NCBI GenBank assembly: GCA_049521795.1
Contig: JBEKOM010000003.1
Coordinates: 128,001-192,000 of the forward strand
Source: Candidatus Bathyarchaeia archaeon
GTDB taxonomy: Archaea > Thermoproteota > Bathyarchaeia > Bathyarchaeales > Bathycorpusculaceae
Direction: 5' to 3'
Length of the DNA: 64,000 bases
Part shown: positions 19,945 to 30,664 of the stretch, piece by piece
Layout: each line of letters begins with the position of its first letter
How positions within the stretch are numbered: position 1 is the stretch's first letter
Notes under the pieces: generated by a model
What the model saw: the letters and a program-made list of their open reading frames with translations, nothing else
The model's database searches: none
What the model was told of the DNA's origin: nothing
Program-made: the position numbers and the translations under genes

Positions 19945-20913
19945 TTGCCGCAGTGTTGCATTGAGACTAGCGAGCTGACGATGCGTTATGGTAGCTTGGT
20001 TGCTGTTGACCACGTTTCTTTCAGCGTTGAGAAGGGTGAGGTTTTCGGTTTTCTGGGTCCAAACGGTGCGGGCAAATCGACGACTATTAAGATGTTGACG
20101 ACGCTCTTGCGGCCGACGAGCGGCAAGGCGACGGTTCTTGGGTTTGACGTTGTGTCTGAAGGAGGCAAGATCAGGCCTAGGATAGGCGTCGTGCAGCAGG
20201 AGCCGAGCTACGAGCATGCGCTGAGTGTGGAAGGAAATCTTGACATGTACGGGCTTCTGTGGAACGTGCCCAAGAAGGAGAGAAAGGAGAGGATCGAGCT
20301 TCTTCTCGACAAGTTCGGTTTGAAGGAAGCGCGGAAGACGAAGGCGCCTGAACTGTCAATTGGGCAGAGAAGGCGTCTGCAGGTTGCGAGAGAGTTCATG
20401 CATGATTCTGAGCTCATGTTTCTGGACGAACCCACGACTGGCTTGGACCCTCAGGCCAGAAGAGTGACCTTGGATTATGTGCGCGAGAAGGTGAAAAACG
20501 GTGTGACCGTTTTTTTCACGACGCACATAATGGAGGAAGCTGAGTACGTTTGTGACAGAATCGCCATAATCAACCATGGGCAGATCTTGGCCTTGGACAC
20601 CATACAGAATGTGAAGCACAGGTTTGGAGCCGTGAGCGTTATTCACGTCCGTTTTGCAGAGTACACTAGCGACTTAGACCGGAGACTGCAGAGTTTGCCT
20701 GGCGTTCAGAAAATTGTCCCTCCGCAGCAGACGGACGAGCCGTTGAAGTTGTATGCAGAAGATGCGAACGTGGTGATGCCCAGAATAATCGACGTGGCAA
20801 CGGCGCTCGGAGCGCGCATAACAGAGCTGAGAATAGAGGAACCATCACTGGATGACGTGTTCGTTCAGATGGTTAATTCGAAGGGAGAGAAGCGCAGTGA
20901 ACAGTTTTCTTAG
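19945..20913 (+). CDS. ABC-2 type exporter ATP-binding subunit (DrrA-like)
   Basis: GPNGAGKST, LSIGQRRR, FLDEPTTGLD. Confidence 0.93.
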   Translation: MPQCCIETSELTMRYGSLVAVDHVSFSVEKGEVFGFLGPNGAGKSTTIKMLTTLLRPTSGKATVLGFDVVSEGGKIRPRIGVVQQEPSYEHALSVEGNLDMYGLLWNVPKKERKERIELLLDKFGLKEARKTKAPELSIGQRRRLQVAREFMHDSELMFLDEPTTGLDPQARRVTLDYVREKVKNGVTVFFTTHIMEEAEYVCDRIAIINHGQILALDTIQNVKHRFGAVSVIHVRFAEYTSDLDRRLQSLPGVQKIVPPQQTDEPLKLYAEDANVVMPRIIDVATALGARITELRIEEPSLDDVFVQMVNSKGEKRSEQFS

Positions 20914-21664
20914 GCTGTTGTACAGGGACCTGAGGGCTGGACTTTGGTCAACCAAATCCATCATGGCCGTCCAGCTCATAACCCCGCTGTTCTACATCTT
21001 CGTCGCCGGTTTCGTCTATGCAGCCATCATCGACCCAAAAACAATTGCTGCCACCGGAGCGATCAACTACGTCCTCTTTCTCGCCCCGGGAGTGGTGGTC
21101 ATGCAGATAATGTTCGCAGCATCTATGGCCGGAGCGATGCTTTGGGTTGACAAGAGGCTGGCGATGTTCTCACAGATAGTCGTAGGCCCGTTCACCAGGT
21201 GGCAGTACATACTCAGCAAGCTGGTTTCCATCATGCTTCAGGGAATGCTGAACGCGTTCCTGGTTTTTCTCATCGCCTCTCCCTTGCTTGCAGGGCTAAA
21301 AATCACCTTCGAAGGCGCGCTCTACATTGCCGGCTCGCTTCTGCTGGGAGCGCTCTTCTTCGGTTCCCTAACGATGGCCATCTCTGTGTTCATAAAATCC
21401 AACGAGGCGTTCAACGCGATCCTCAACGTGCTGTTCACGCCTCTGATGTTTCTGAGCTCAGTCTACTACCCCCTGGAAAAAGCGCCGCTCGCGATTCAAG
21501 CCATTTCATTAGCTAATCCCCTGACCTACTCTGCAGACATGCTGAGAGCCGGACTTCTGCAGGTCTACGTCCCCCTCCTACCGTTCGAGATAGCAGCACT
21601 CATAGTTGAGAGTCTCATCGCCTTCGCAGCCGCAACAGTCGCCTTCAGACGAGTCAAACCTTAA
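20897..21664 (+). CDS. ABC-2 type exporter permease
   Basis: YVLFLAPG, FLSSVYYP, NPLTY; about 6 TM. Confidence 0.9.
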   Translation: MNSFLRLLYRDLRAGLWSTKSIMAVQLITPLFYIFVAGFVYAAIIDPKTIAATGAINYVLFLAPGVVVMQIMFAASMAGAMLWVDKRLAMFSQIVVGPFTRWQYILSKLVSIMLQGMLNAFLVFLIASPLLAGLKITFEGALYIAGSLLLGALFFGSLTMAISVFIKSNEAFNAILNVLFTPLMFLSSVYYPLEKAPLAIQAISLANPLTYSADMLRAGLLQVYVPLLPFEIAALIVESLIAFAAATVAFRRVKP

Positions 21665-21910
21665 CCGTCAATTCGAACCGATGCCACCGAATTCGAGAAG
21701 AGCGCACGCTAAGTGCGTATGGAACATTCTTTCACAAGGGTTAAGTAGACGTGACCACAACACCGTCATGAAGGGTGTGTTTTCAACTTTCAGCGCGCGC
21801 TAGCGTTACTTCGTTAACCTCTCTGAACCTCTTCGATTCAATCCTTTGGAGCGCCAAGTCGGGGCGTGATGAGAGTAAATGCCCAAGCTGAAAAGGAGAA
21901 AGGAGTGAAA

Positions 21911-24283
21911 GTGAAAAGCAAAACTGTGTTCACCATAGCTCTATCAGCGTTGTTGTTCGTCATGATGTTCACAGCATTGCACGTCCCGCCCGCTAAAGCG
22001 CAGCCGACTCCAGTGTTTCCCTTGAGTCCACTGCCAGTGGTCTATGTCGATCCATCGGCAATAACAGCAGACGCAGGGCAGCAATTTAACGTCAGCATCT
22101 ACGTTAATTCCACGGTGGAGCTAGACCTGTATGCTTTCCAAATGAACGTGACGTGGACCAACGACATCCTGAACTATGAATCGGCTACATGGGGCGATGA
22201 AGGCGCAAATATGACAAAAAGCGGTGCAATGATAAGCATAAGCAGCGATGGGACAGGACAACTACAATATGCTGGAGGCCCAGCTGATTTGTATGTGGCG
22301 GTCACTTCGGTCAATTCGCCCTTAAAACTGTTCACGGTCACTTTCAAAGGCATCAGCGCGGGGACTAGCCCGATAAAACTCATCAACGTTGAGTTATTCG
22401 GCATAAGTGACGATGGCAACGGCTGGCCACCGAGTACTTCAGTGTTCAACGGTATCCCAGAGTTCACACAGTACGACAGATGGCCCGACGTGAATCATGA
22501 TGGAATGATTCAGATCTTTGACGCTTTAATAGTGTCGAATGCCGCGTGGACGTCACCAGGCCAAAAGAACTGGAATCCCGCTTGCGACTTCAATGGAGAC
22601 AACGTTGTGGACTTTTTCGATTGGCTTATACTCTCAGCCGACTTTGGCAAGACCAATGGTGAGCCAACCTGGCCCAGTCCAGCTTATCCGCTTGGTCTCA
22701 CAAACACCATATACGAGTTTAATGAAACCGTCCAGGACGGCATCGCCTACGTAACGGACGAATGGCCCATGTTTCACCACGACCTGACGCACACCGCATA
22801 TTCCACTTCAACAGCGCCGAACACAAACCAAACTCTCTGGAGCGCGCACGCGCTAACTACAACCGGCAACTACGTGACTTCTTCTCCTGCTGTTGCTGGT
22901 GGTATCGTCTATGTGGGCTCAAACGACTACCATGTTTACGCTTTGAACGCCACAACGGGCACACAGGTGTGGAGCTACGCAACACGCGGTATGGTGCGTT
23001 CTTCTCCCGCTGTTGCTGGTGGTGTCGTCTATGTGGGCTCAGACGACAACAATGTTTACGCTTTGAACGCTACGACGGGCACGCTCGTATGGAGCTACAC
23101 AAAAGGCGACTCCGTGCATTCTCCTGCTGTTGCTGGCGACGTCGTCTACGTAGGCTCAGTTGACGGCAATGTTTACGCTTTGAACGCCTCAAACGGCGCT
23201 CTCATATGGAGCTACACAACAGGCAATTATGTGGATTCTTCTCCCGCTGTTGCTGGTGGTGTCATCTACGTGGGCTCAGACGACAATAAGACGTACGCTT
23301 TGAACGCCACAACGGGCACACCAGTATGGATCTACACAACCGGCGATTGGGTGTGGTCTTCTCCTGCTGTTGCTGGTGGTGTTGTCTACGTGGGCTCACA
23401 GGACGGCGAGGTTTACGCTTTGAACGCTGCGACGGGCGCATTCGTATGGGCCTACATGACCGGCAGTGCGGTGGATTCTTCTCCTGCTGTTGTCGGTGGT
23501 GTCGTCTATGTAGCCTCAGACGACAATAATGTTTATGCTTTGAACGCCGTGACGGGCGCGCTGGTATGGAACTACACAACAGGCAGTTGGGTGTCTTCTT
23601 CTCCTGCTGTTGCTGGTGGTATCGTCTACGTAGGCTCAAGTGACCATAATGTTTATGCTTTGAACGCCTCAAACGGCGCTCTCATATGGAGCTACACAAC
23701 AGGCAATTATGTGTTTTCTTCTCCTGCTGTTGCTGGTGGTGTCGTCTTCGTGGGCTCATTAGACGGCGAGGTTTACGCTTTTGGTGTTCATTATGACGTA
23801 GCCGTCACCAATGTTGCGCCTTCTAAGACTGTGGTTGGTCAAGGCTTCAGCGCCACTATCAACGTCACAGTGGCAGATCAAGGCGACTTCACAGAAACCT
23901 TCAACGTCACAGCATTCGCCAACGCAACCATCATAGGATCAGAAAACGTCACCTTACCAGGCGGCAGCTCTACGACAGTCACGTTCACATGGAACACTAC
24001 CGGCTTTGCCTACGGCAACTACACCATAAGCGCTTACGCTTGGCCAGTTCCAGGCGAAACCAACACGGCAGACAACAACCTCACAGGCGGAACTGTTGAA
24101 GTAACTATTCCAGGCGACGTCGACGGCAACGGAAGAGTCAACATTTTGGACGCTATACTAGTGAGTAACGCCTTCTTAGCCACGCCCAGCAGCTCAAACT
24201 GGAACCCCAACGCAGACATAAACGGCGACGGCGTCGTAAACATCTTGGACTCAATAATACAGTCAAACAATTGGACTGGCTAA
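21911..24283 (+). CDS. Secreted surface protein: cohesin, dockerin, PQQ-type beta-propeller, CARDB, dockerin
   Basis: Signal peptide; DVNHDGMIQIFD; 8x SPAVAGGVVYVGS...VYAL; GDVDGNGRVNILD/ADINGDGVVNILD. Confidence 0.88.
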   Translation: MKSKTVFTIALSALLFVMMFTALHVPPAKAQPTPVFPLSPLPVVYVDPSAITADAGQQFNVSIYVNSTVELDLYAFQMNVTWTNDILNYESATWGDEGANMTKSGAMISISSDGTGQLQYAGGPADLYVAVTSVNSPLKLFTVTFKGISAGTSPIKLINVELFGISDDGNGWPPSTSVFNGIPEFTQYDRWPDVNHDGMIQIFDALIVSNAAWTSPGQKNWNPACDFNGDNVVDFFDWLILSADFGKTNGEPTWPSPAYPLGLTNTIYEFNETVQDGIAYVTDEWPMFHHDLTHTAYSTSTAPNTNQTLWSAHALTTTGNYVTSSPAVAGGIVYVGSNDYHVYALNATTGTQVWSYATRGMVRSSPAVAGGVVYVGSDDNNVYALNATTGTLVWSYTKGDSVHSPAVAGDVVYVGSVDGNVYALNASNGALIWSYTTGNYVDSSPAVAGGVIYVGSDDNKTYALNATTGTPVWIYTTGDWVWSSPAVAGGVVYVGSQDGEVYALNAATGAFVWAYMTGSAVDSSPAVVGGVVYVASDDNNVYALNAVTGALVWNYTTGSWVSSSPAVAGGIVYVGSSDHNVYALNASNGALIWSYTTGNYVFSSPAVAGGVVFVGSLDGEVYAFGVHYDVAVTNVAPSKTVVGQGFSATINVTVADQGDFTETFNVTAFANATIIGSENVTLPGGSSTTVTFTWNTTGFAYGNYTISAYAWPVPGETNTADNNLTGGTVEVTIPGDVDGNGRVNILDAILVSNAFLATPSSSNWNPNADINGDGVVNILDSIIQSNNWTG
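22855..23783 (+). repeat. Eight intragenic tandem repeats of about 120 bp (propeller blades)
   Basis: TCTCC(T/C)GCTGTTG recurs at a period of about 120 bp. Confidence 0.85.
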
Positions 24284-24365
24284 TGCACGGCTGCTATCGA
24301 GCCTCAGCGACCTTCAATCCCCTTTTTTGAACTTCGTCTTCACAGCAAACACATTTGGAGCGCGT

Positions 24366-24422
24366 GTAAAAATCCAGGACGCAATAGCCCTCGGAAACCG
24401 CTTCCAAGAGCGCTACCCATAG
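24366..24422 (+). pseudogene. Orphan dockerin C-terminal remnant
   Basis: VKIQDAIALGNRFQERYP* resembles the VNILDAI dockerin tail just upstream. Confidence 0.45.
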
Positions 24423-24450
24423 ATCAAACGGTCGCCATGAAGCACGCGCA

Positions 24451-24702
24451 CTAACCGTCGAGGGGGAAAAGTCTGTTACATGTGCGATTATGCGTTAAGA
24501 ACTCGCGTCCTCTTTCCGTGATGCTTGCTTTGAAGCGTTTCCTACCTTTCGATTCGAGACTTACTAATCCGTTCTCAAGCATTGCTTGGAGGAAGTGATA
24601 AGACGCTCCGACTTTGCCGAATATCCTTGTTGGGGCAGTGTCAGGTTTCTGAATGACTACTTCAAGTACTTATGCTGCGATGTCCTTCCTGCCGCTGACC
24701 AA
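24451..24702 (-). pseudogene. Winged-helix regulator with an in-frame TAA
   Basis: MVSGRKDIAA*VLEVV...PTRIFGKVGASY...MLENGLV...SITERGREFL; TAA at 24670-24672. Confidence 0.6.
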
Positions 24703-25114
24703 AATGATCACCATGACTGGCGGACGCCATCATTTATTCCTTTTATTGATTCTTGATATCTAGAAACGAACAGTAATGTTCTTTTTGCAGATGTGACCCA
24801 GATCTGAACGGATTGCTGGTTTTGCCGCCGTTGAGTGGCGTTTAGGGTTACCTGTTCATGGTGCATAGAAGAAGTGAGGATGGTCTTCAAGGCGCCAGAC
24901 TCGAGTTCTGATATTCGCAAACTGTTACCAAGATCTAAACTGATGTGAAACTGTTTGCAGCATCGTGTTCATCGTAGCCAGAGTGTTTTCGAGACCACTC
25001 TCGCCTTGATCGTAGTGTCTGTATTCTTAGTCTGTTCGTGCATATCGGTGTCTATAAGGAGCTTTAATGTTGCTGTCGCTATTCTTATAAATTGAGAACT
25101 GAGAATGAATTCTT

Positions 25115-25900
25115 ATGCGGGCAGAGATCGGAATCATCGGCGGAACGGGCTTCTACGACCCGAAACTCCTCAGGGACGTTGAGGAAATTAGGGTGCGCAC
25201 GCCTTATGGTTCGCCTTCTGATTCGATTGCGGTTGGAGAGTTGAAAGGTAGACGCGTAGCGTTTCTGCCGAGGCACTCAAGGAAACACACGATAAGACCC
25301 ACTGACGTCAATTCGAGAGCAAACATTTTCGCTTTGAAAAAGCTTGGTGTTGAAAGGATACTTGCGCCTTCAACGGTTGGTTCTCTGAGGGAAGAGTTCA
25401 AGCCTGGAGACGTGGTGTTCATCGACCAGTTCATAGATAGAACGACCAAACGAGAGCAGTCATTCTACACGCGAAAGCGCGTGTGCCACATATCAGTAGC
25501 CGAACCGATGTGTCCAGAGTTAATGCGAACTCTGATAGAAGCAGCTGACAACATGGACGTCAGCACTCACAACGTTGGCACGTATGTTTGTATTGAAGGG
25601 CCAAGATTCTCGACGAAAGCTGAATCCAGACTGTTCAGGACGTGGGGCGCAGACGTCGTAGGCATGACGCTCGTGCCAGAGTGTGTTCTTGCCCGAGAAG
25701 CGGAGATGTGCTATTCTTCAATTGCGACTGTTACTGATTACGACGCGTGGAAAGACCAGCCTGTGACGGCGAATGAAGTTTTGAAGACTATGAGGGCGAA
25801 CGTGGAAAAGGTCAAGAGCATAATTGCTGAAGCAGTTCCAAACATACCGAGAGAAAGAAGATGCGAATGTAAGAACGCGTTGAAAAGTGCTCTAATCTGA
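25115..25900 (+). CDS. mtnP: S-methyl-5'-thioadenosine phosphorylase
   Basis: IGIIGGTG, TPYG, EGPRFSTKAE, VGMT, VTDYD. Confidence 0.93.
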   Translation: MRAEIGIIGGTGFYDPKLLRDVEEIRVRTPYGSPSDSIAVGELKGRRVAFLPRHSRKHTIRPTDVNSRANIFALKKLGVERILAPSTVGSLREEFKPGDVVFIDQFIDRTTKREQSFYTRKRVCHISVAEPMCPELMRTLIEAADNMDVSTHNVGTYVCIEGPRFSTKAESRLFRTWGADVVGMTLVPECVLAREAEMCYSSIATVTDYDAWKDQPVTANEVLKTMRANVEKVKSIIAEAVPNIPRERRCECKNALKSALI

Positions 25901-25920
25901 ACGGGCTTCGTGACGATGGA

Positions 25921-26460
25921 ATGAAGAATGAAAATATGGATCTCAGGTCGAAGATAAGGCGAATACCGGAATTCAAGGGCGTGGTTTTCTGGGACATAAC
26001 TCCGCTTTTGAGAGATAAGCACGCTTTTCGAGAGTGCATCAAACGTTTGGCTGACCATTTTCGGGACAAGAAAGTGGACGTTGTAGTATCGAGCGAGGCC
26101 AGAGGCTTCATATTTGGGGCAGCGGTAGCCTATGAACTTGAAGCCGGTTTTGTTCCCATCAGAAAGAGAGGAAAACTGCCTTCAAAAACCGTGAACCTCA
26201 CGTACCAGAAGGAATATGAGCCCGACACCATCGAGATCCATGAAGATGCCGTCGAACCTGGCCAGAACGTTCTGCTCGTTGATGACCTGCTTGCGACAGG
26301 TGGCACGATCAAGGCAAACGTTGAATTAGTTGAAAAACTGGGCGGAAGAATCGTTGGCATGGGCTTTCTGATTGAACTCAAGTATCTTCACGGGCGAGAG
26401 ACCCTTGGAGACAAGTATGAAGTATTTTCGGTAATAAGCTACGAGACCTCCAAAGAGTAA
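25921..26460 (+). CDS. apt: Adenine phosphoribosyltransferase
   Basis: EARGFIFG, RKRGKLP, VDDLLATGGT. Confidence 0.93.
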   Translation: MKNENMDLRSKIRRIPEFKGVVFWDITPLLRDKHAFRECIKRLADHFRDKKVDVVVSSEARGFIFGAAVAYELEAGFVPIRKRGKLPSKTVNLTYQKEYEPDTIEIHEDAVEPGQNVLLVDDLLATGGTIKANVELVEKLGGRIVGMGFLIELKYLHGRETLGDKYEVFSVISYETSKE

Positions 26461-26532
26461 TTCCGCGGCGAAATTGGCTAGGTACATCATGTTGTTTAGA
26501 CGTAGCGCAGGAGATGTGGGTTTGAGCCTTCA

Positions 26533-26554
26533 AGCGAACGGCGATGTCTCCTAC
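26533..26554 (+). repeat. 22-bp direct repeat, copy 1 (AGCGAACGGCGATGTCTCCTAC)
   Basis: Identical to 28251-28272. Confidence 0.85.
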
Positions 26555-26736
26555 AAATTCCAGTTAATTCTAATCGGCGTTCACGGACCCTGGGATAATT
26601 TGGGTCGATGCGCATCGTTCGTTATGGAAGGATGAGGTCTGTTTCCAGAAGCACCTTGATAGAATCATGTTCCATAATCTTTAAATCGTATGAGTGCGGC
26701 GATAATGATCAAACTGAAGGAAAGGAGAGAATAAGA

Positions 26737-28137
26737 GTGAAGATTGCTTCAGCGAGAATTATCTGTGGACTGATGATTGTAACAGCACTTCTCGGCTTCG
26801 CAGGAGTTTTCAGAGCAGACGTGGCGAAGGCGGCGGCAGGGCCACTGTTGTTCGTTGATCCCCAAAGCAGCATCTTTTCCAGTACGCCGGTTGGAACCAC
26901 GTTCTTGGTGAACGTTTCAATCGCGAACATAACGTTGCTAGCAGGCATACAGTTCACGCTTACTTGGAACCATAATCTCCTAAAGTGTAACAGCATGACC
27001 GAGGTGTTCTTCAGCGACACGCTCATAACGGCGCCCGATGACAATCCGAGCAACATTAACGTCATCAAAAGAACCTTCAACAACACTGCAGGAACCGCAA
27101 CCTACGGCGTCACATGGGTTGACAATGGTCTGGCACAAGCAGATGGATACGACCCAGCAAACGTAACAACCACCGGCAGCGCAGTCGGCATACCAGGCTA
27201 CTCATGGCCACAAGGAGAACACGGAGTTGCCACACTCAACTTCACCGTGCTTCAAGCACCAAACTCCACGGTGCCAGTCCTCAACAGCGCCTTAAGCATA
27301 AGCAACGACGTACTAGGTGACTACAACGGCCTCCCGATCACGCACACGAACGTGAACGGGCTGTACCAGAATACCTTCCCTGTGCCACCACTAGCACTAC
27401 CGTACTTCTCAATGACCACTCAGGGACCAGGCGCATCAGGGACAAACTACACTGCAGCAAGCGTAGGCGAGACCTTCAACGTAACAGTGAGCATCAACAA
27501 CGTGTCTGATACACTCAAGGCAGTCGGGTATGAGTTCAAACTAGGCTACAATGGCACTCTGCTGCAAGTGTTGAGCGTTACTTACGAAGGCCCATGGCTG
27601 CCACCGTTCGGAGTTTCACCAAACCAGGGCACGCTGTTCACGCAGGCCTTCGGCTTCAACGCCACAATCAACGAGAACTACACACAGATTGGAGATGCCG
27701 TTCTACCAGACGCTAACGGCACGTGGCACGCGCCGTTCCCAAGCGGCTCAGGAGTACTAGCGATAATCAACTTCAACTGCACCCTGCAAGATAAATCCCC
27801 AGCACCAGACCTAACATGTCCTCTCACATTATTCGACACGATCGTAACCAACACGAGCGCAGGCGTCATACAACAGAGCCAAGCTCCAGTTTCGGGCACG
27901 TACATCATGAAAAGCTTCCTCAAGTCAATTCCTGGAGATTTGAACCATGATGGTATAGTGGATATCAAAGACGCGATAGCATTTGCTAATGCCTTCGGTT
28001 CACACCGCGCCAATTATGATTATCAAGGAGAACCTGCTTCGCCAAACTGGAACCCAGAGGCCGATTTGAAGGGCGACGGAACGATCAACATCCTCGACCT
28101 AATACTGCTTGCTGCCAACTTCGGACGCACGGCATAA
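26737..28137 (+). CDS. Secreted double-cohesin plus dockerin protein
   Basis: Signal peptide; two cohesin-like beta domains; GDLNHDGIVDIKD and ADLKGDGTINILD. Confidence 0.82.
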   Translation: MKIASARIICGLMIVTALLGFAGVFRADVAKAAAGPLLFVDPQSSIFSSTPVGTTFLVNVSIANITLLAGIQFTLTWNHNLLKCNSMTEVFFSDTLITAPDDNPSNINVIKRTFNNTAGTATYGVTWVDNGLAQADGYDPANVTTTGSAVGIPGYSWPQGEHGVATLNFTVLQAPNSTVPVLNSALSISNDVLGDYNGLPITHTNVNGLYQNTFPVPPLALPYFSMTTQGPGASGTNYTAASVGETFNVTVSINNVSDTLKAVGYEFKLGYNGTLLQVLSVTYEGPWLPPFGVSPNQGTLFTQAFGFNATINENYTQIGDAVLPDANGTWHAPFPSGSGVLAIINFNCTLQDKSPAPDLTCPLTLFDTIVTNTSAGVIQQSQAPVSGTYIMKSFLKSIPGDLNHDGIVDIKDAIAFANAFGSHRANYDYQGEPASPNWNPEADLKGDGTINILDLILLAANFGRTA

Positions 28138-28250
28138 CTCTCTTCCCATTTTTTTAATCCGATTTCTATCAGGTCTCAGTTCACTGATATTCTCGATTCG
28201 TGCCGGATTACTAACGCCTCGTAGGTGCGGGGACGGGATTCGTAGCCTGT

Positions 28251-28272
28251 AGCGAACGGCGATGTCTCCTAC
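28251..28272 (+). repeat. 22-bp direct repeat, copy 2
   Basis: Identical to 26533-26554. Confidence 0.85.
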
Positions 28273-28314
28273 GAATTTTCTCCTCGGTTCTACTCTTGAA
28301 TATGCGAGCGAGCT

Positions 28315-29370
28315 CTATTCCGTTAGTCCTCGGTTGTGCAGGCGTTCGTGTTCCCATGTTGCGAAGTCTTGCGGCGGGTTGATGATTTGATCTTCAGGTT
28401 TGCGTGTGAGTCGCGCTGCGTTGTTTGGGCAGCCGGTTGCGCATAGTCCGCAGCCGATGCATCTTTTCTTATCCACAACGGAAACGCCGCCATGTTCGGC
28501 TATTGCGTGCACTTGGCACCTGGTTCTGCACGTTCCGCAGTTTAGGCATTCGTTTGGGTCTATGGCGGCGTAGTAGTTTGCGCGGGCAACGGAGTTTTCT
28601 ATTCCCCACTCGTTGATGCCTCTGAGTATGCCGCAGCAGCATCCGCAGCAGTTGCACACGTAGCCCACACCTTTCATGACGTTGCTGACGGTGTGAACCA
28701 AGCCTATTTCCTCAGCCTTGTCCAGGAAAGCCAAAGCCTCCTCTTTGGAGACGGTGTATCTGTGTGGAGTGCGCTCGTAGGACGAGAAGAACAGGCAAGT
28801 CGTTAGTGGAAACGTGCATTCGTGGCCGAGGTGCTTCTGCTGTACTCTGCAGACGCAGTCTCGCAGGCCGAACGATTTGGAGTTTGACAGTATTGATTTG
28901 ACATCGTCGTATGGAAGAATCAGTTCAGATCTTACGGCTTTGTTGGCGGGGACGACGCGGTGAAGGGCCGGCTGAGGCTTCATTATGCCGACCGCACCTC
29001 CATTCGCAAAGTATTCCTCGACGAGGTGAGCCAGTTCGTGGTCCATTGTTTCCAGCTGTGACTCGTAGATTCCGACGAAGAAGGGGGCAAGTCTGAAGGT
29101 TGGTCTTCCCTCTTCGTCATCATACCACAAGAGCCCCCGCCTGGCCATTTTGGCCAGCTTTTCTTCAGCCTCTTTAACAGAGAGCCCAACCCTCTTGGCG
29201 ATCGATTCGACTGGTTCTTGGGAACCGCTCAGCTGACCTGCGACCGTTGCCTCTTCACGTGAGAATATCTTCTTCAGGATTCGAATCTCAACGTTTGAGG
29301 GTGTTCTGGGAAAACCGTTCGGAAGGCGGTTCAAGGCTTGTGCAAGTTGATCATAAACCTGATCGACCAA
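28315..29370 (-). CDS. wHTH plus 4Fe-4S dicluster protein
   Basis: CVCR, VCNCCGCCCG, CLNCGTC..RC, CIGCGLC..GCP. Confidence 0.85.
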   Translation of the reverse strand: MVDQVYDQLAQALNRLPNGFPRTPSNVEIRILKKIFSREEATVAGQLSGSQEPVESIAKRVGLSVKEAEEKLAKMARRGLLWYDDEEGRPTFRLAPFFVGIYESQLETMDHELAHLVEEYFANGGAVGIMKPQPALHRVVPANKAVRSELILPYDDVKSILSNSKSFGLRDCVCRVQQKHLGHECTFPLTTCLFFSSYERTPHRYTVSKEEALAFLDKAEEIGLVHTVSNVMKGVGYVCNCCGCCCGILRGINEWGIENSVARANYYAAIDPNECLNCGTCRTRCQVHAIAEHGGVSVVDKKRCIGCGLCATGCPNNAARLTRKPEDQIINPPQDFATWEHERLHNRGLTE

Positions 29371-29533
29371 ACCTGTGTCCCTCCTTAGATGAGAATCTTT
29401 CTCACATGCTTATTTAACGATAGTGCGCTGTTTGGTAAGAAACAACAGTATGTAATCTGCCAGAACCGCGGTTTCTCTTTTTCTACCTTTCTCTGGAAAT
29501 CAGTTTGATGGTGAAGAACACAATTGGGAGCGC

Positions 29534-29851
29534 TTAGAGCGGTTTTCCACATTTGACACATTTAGGACCGAGCGGTGGCTGGATCGTGTGGCATTTCTTA
29601 CATTCTACCACGAGTTGATTTCCGCAGTTTTGACAGTAGTCACCGAAGAAAGTGGGCTTCCCACAATTCGGACAGTTGATCAGCAGTGAGAGTCCGCATG
29701 AACTGCATCTCGCCCAACCAGCCTGAATCGGGGCACGGCACTTCGGACACCTAGTCTCCAAAGGGTTCACTTTGCCACAGACTGGACAAACCTTTGCGTT
29801 GGGAGGAACTAGCTGACCGCAGTATTTGCATGGTTTCCTGTAGCTTGACAT
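29534..29851 (-). CDS. Multi zinc-ribbon protein
   Basis: Eight CxxC motifs. Confidence 0.8.
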   Translation of the reverse strand: MSSYRKPCKYCGQLVPPNAKVCPVCGKVNPLETRCPKCRAPIQAGWARCSSCGLSLLINCPNCGKPTFFGDYCQNCGNQLVVECKKCHTIQPPLGPKCVKCGKPL

Positions 29852-29977
29852 GAGCCTTCACTTAACAAGTTGCTAGACGTTTTGGTATTATACTTTTGTT
29901 GGGTCTGTGCCGCTGAACATAAGCTTCTTATAATCGCACATTCGATCCTAGTTTGTCACACGTCAGGAGTTGTTGTG

Positions 29978-30637
29978 ATGCCTTTCATTCCGTTTACGAG
30001 AAACTACGCGGACAACAGCACTGAAGCGGGGTTCGAATTCACGTTCTACTGCGACGTCTGCAACGACGGCTACAAGACCAGCTTCATGGAATCAAAAACC
30101 TACAAGAAAGCAGGGCTTCTAAGGGGATTGGGCAGAGCTGCTTCCATAGGAAGCTCAGTGCTGGGTCGTGGAGGCGGATACCAGGTCGAAAGCGGAACAG
30201 ACGTGATCTCCGAACGGTTCAGCGGCATGTCTCCTGCTTGGCACAAGGAACACGAAGAAGCCTTCAAACTCGCTCAGAACGAGGCCATGGGACACTTTCA
30301 CAAGTGTCCAAAGTGTGGAAAATGGGTTGACGACACGTGCTGGAACGACGAAGACGGTCTCTGCACTCAGGATGCTCCGAGAGCTGCAACGGAGATCGCA
30401 GCCGCAAGAGCCACTCAGAGGAAGGAACAGATATGGAAGAAGGCAGAAGAGACGCAGGTCTTCACCGGCGAAATCAAAGCCACACAGACCATTTGTCCAC
30501 AGTGCGGGAAACCGGCTGGAGCAGGCAAGTTCTGCACAAACTGCGGAGCCCCACTGGGCATGCTGAAGTGTTCAAAATGCGGAGCGCAGAACGTTCCAGG
30601 CACCAGATTCTGCGGAGAATGTGGAAACAAACTCTAG
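29978..30637 (+). CDS. Double zinc-ribbon domain protein
   Basis: FYCDVC, CPKC, CPQCG...FCTNCG, CSKCG...FCGECG; ATG after AGGAG. Confidence 0.8.
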   Translation: MPFIPFTRNYADNSTEAGFEFTFYCDVCNDGYKTSFMESKTYKKAGLLRGLGRAASIGSSVLGRGGGYQVESGTDVISERFSGMSPAWHKEHEEAFKLAQNEAMGHFHKCPKCGKWVDDTCWNDEDGLCTQDAPRAATEIAAARATQRKEQIWKKAEETQVFTGEIKATQTICPQCGKPAGAGKFCTNCGAPLGMLKCSKCGAQNVPGTRFCGECGNKL

Positions 30638-30664
30638 ACCAGTGCAACAACACCTAAGAACTTC

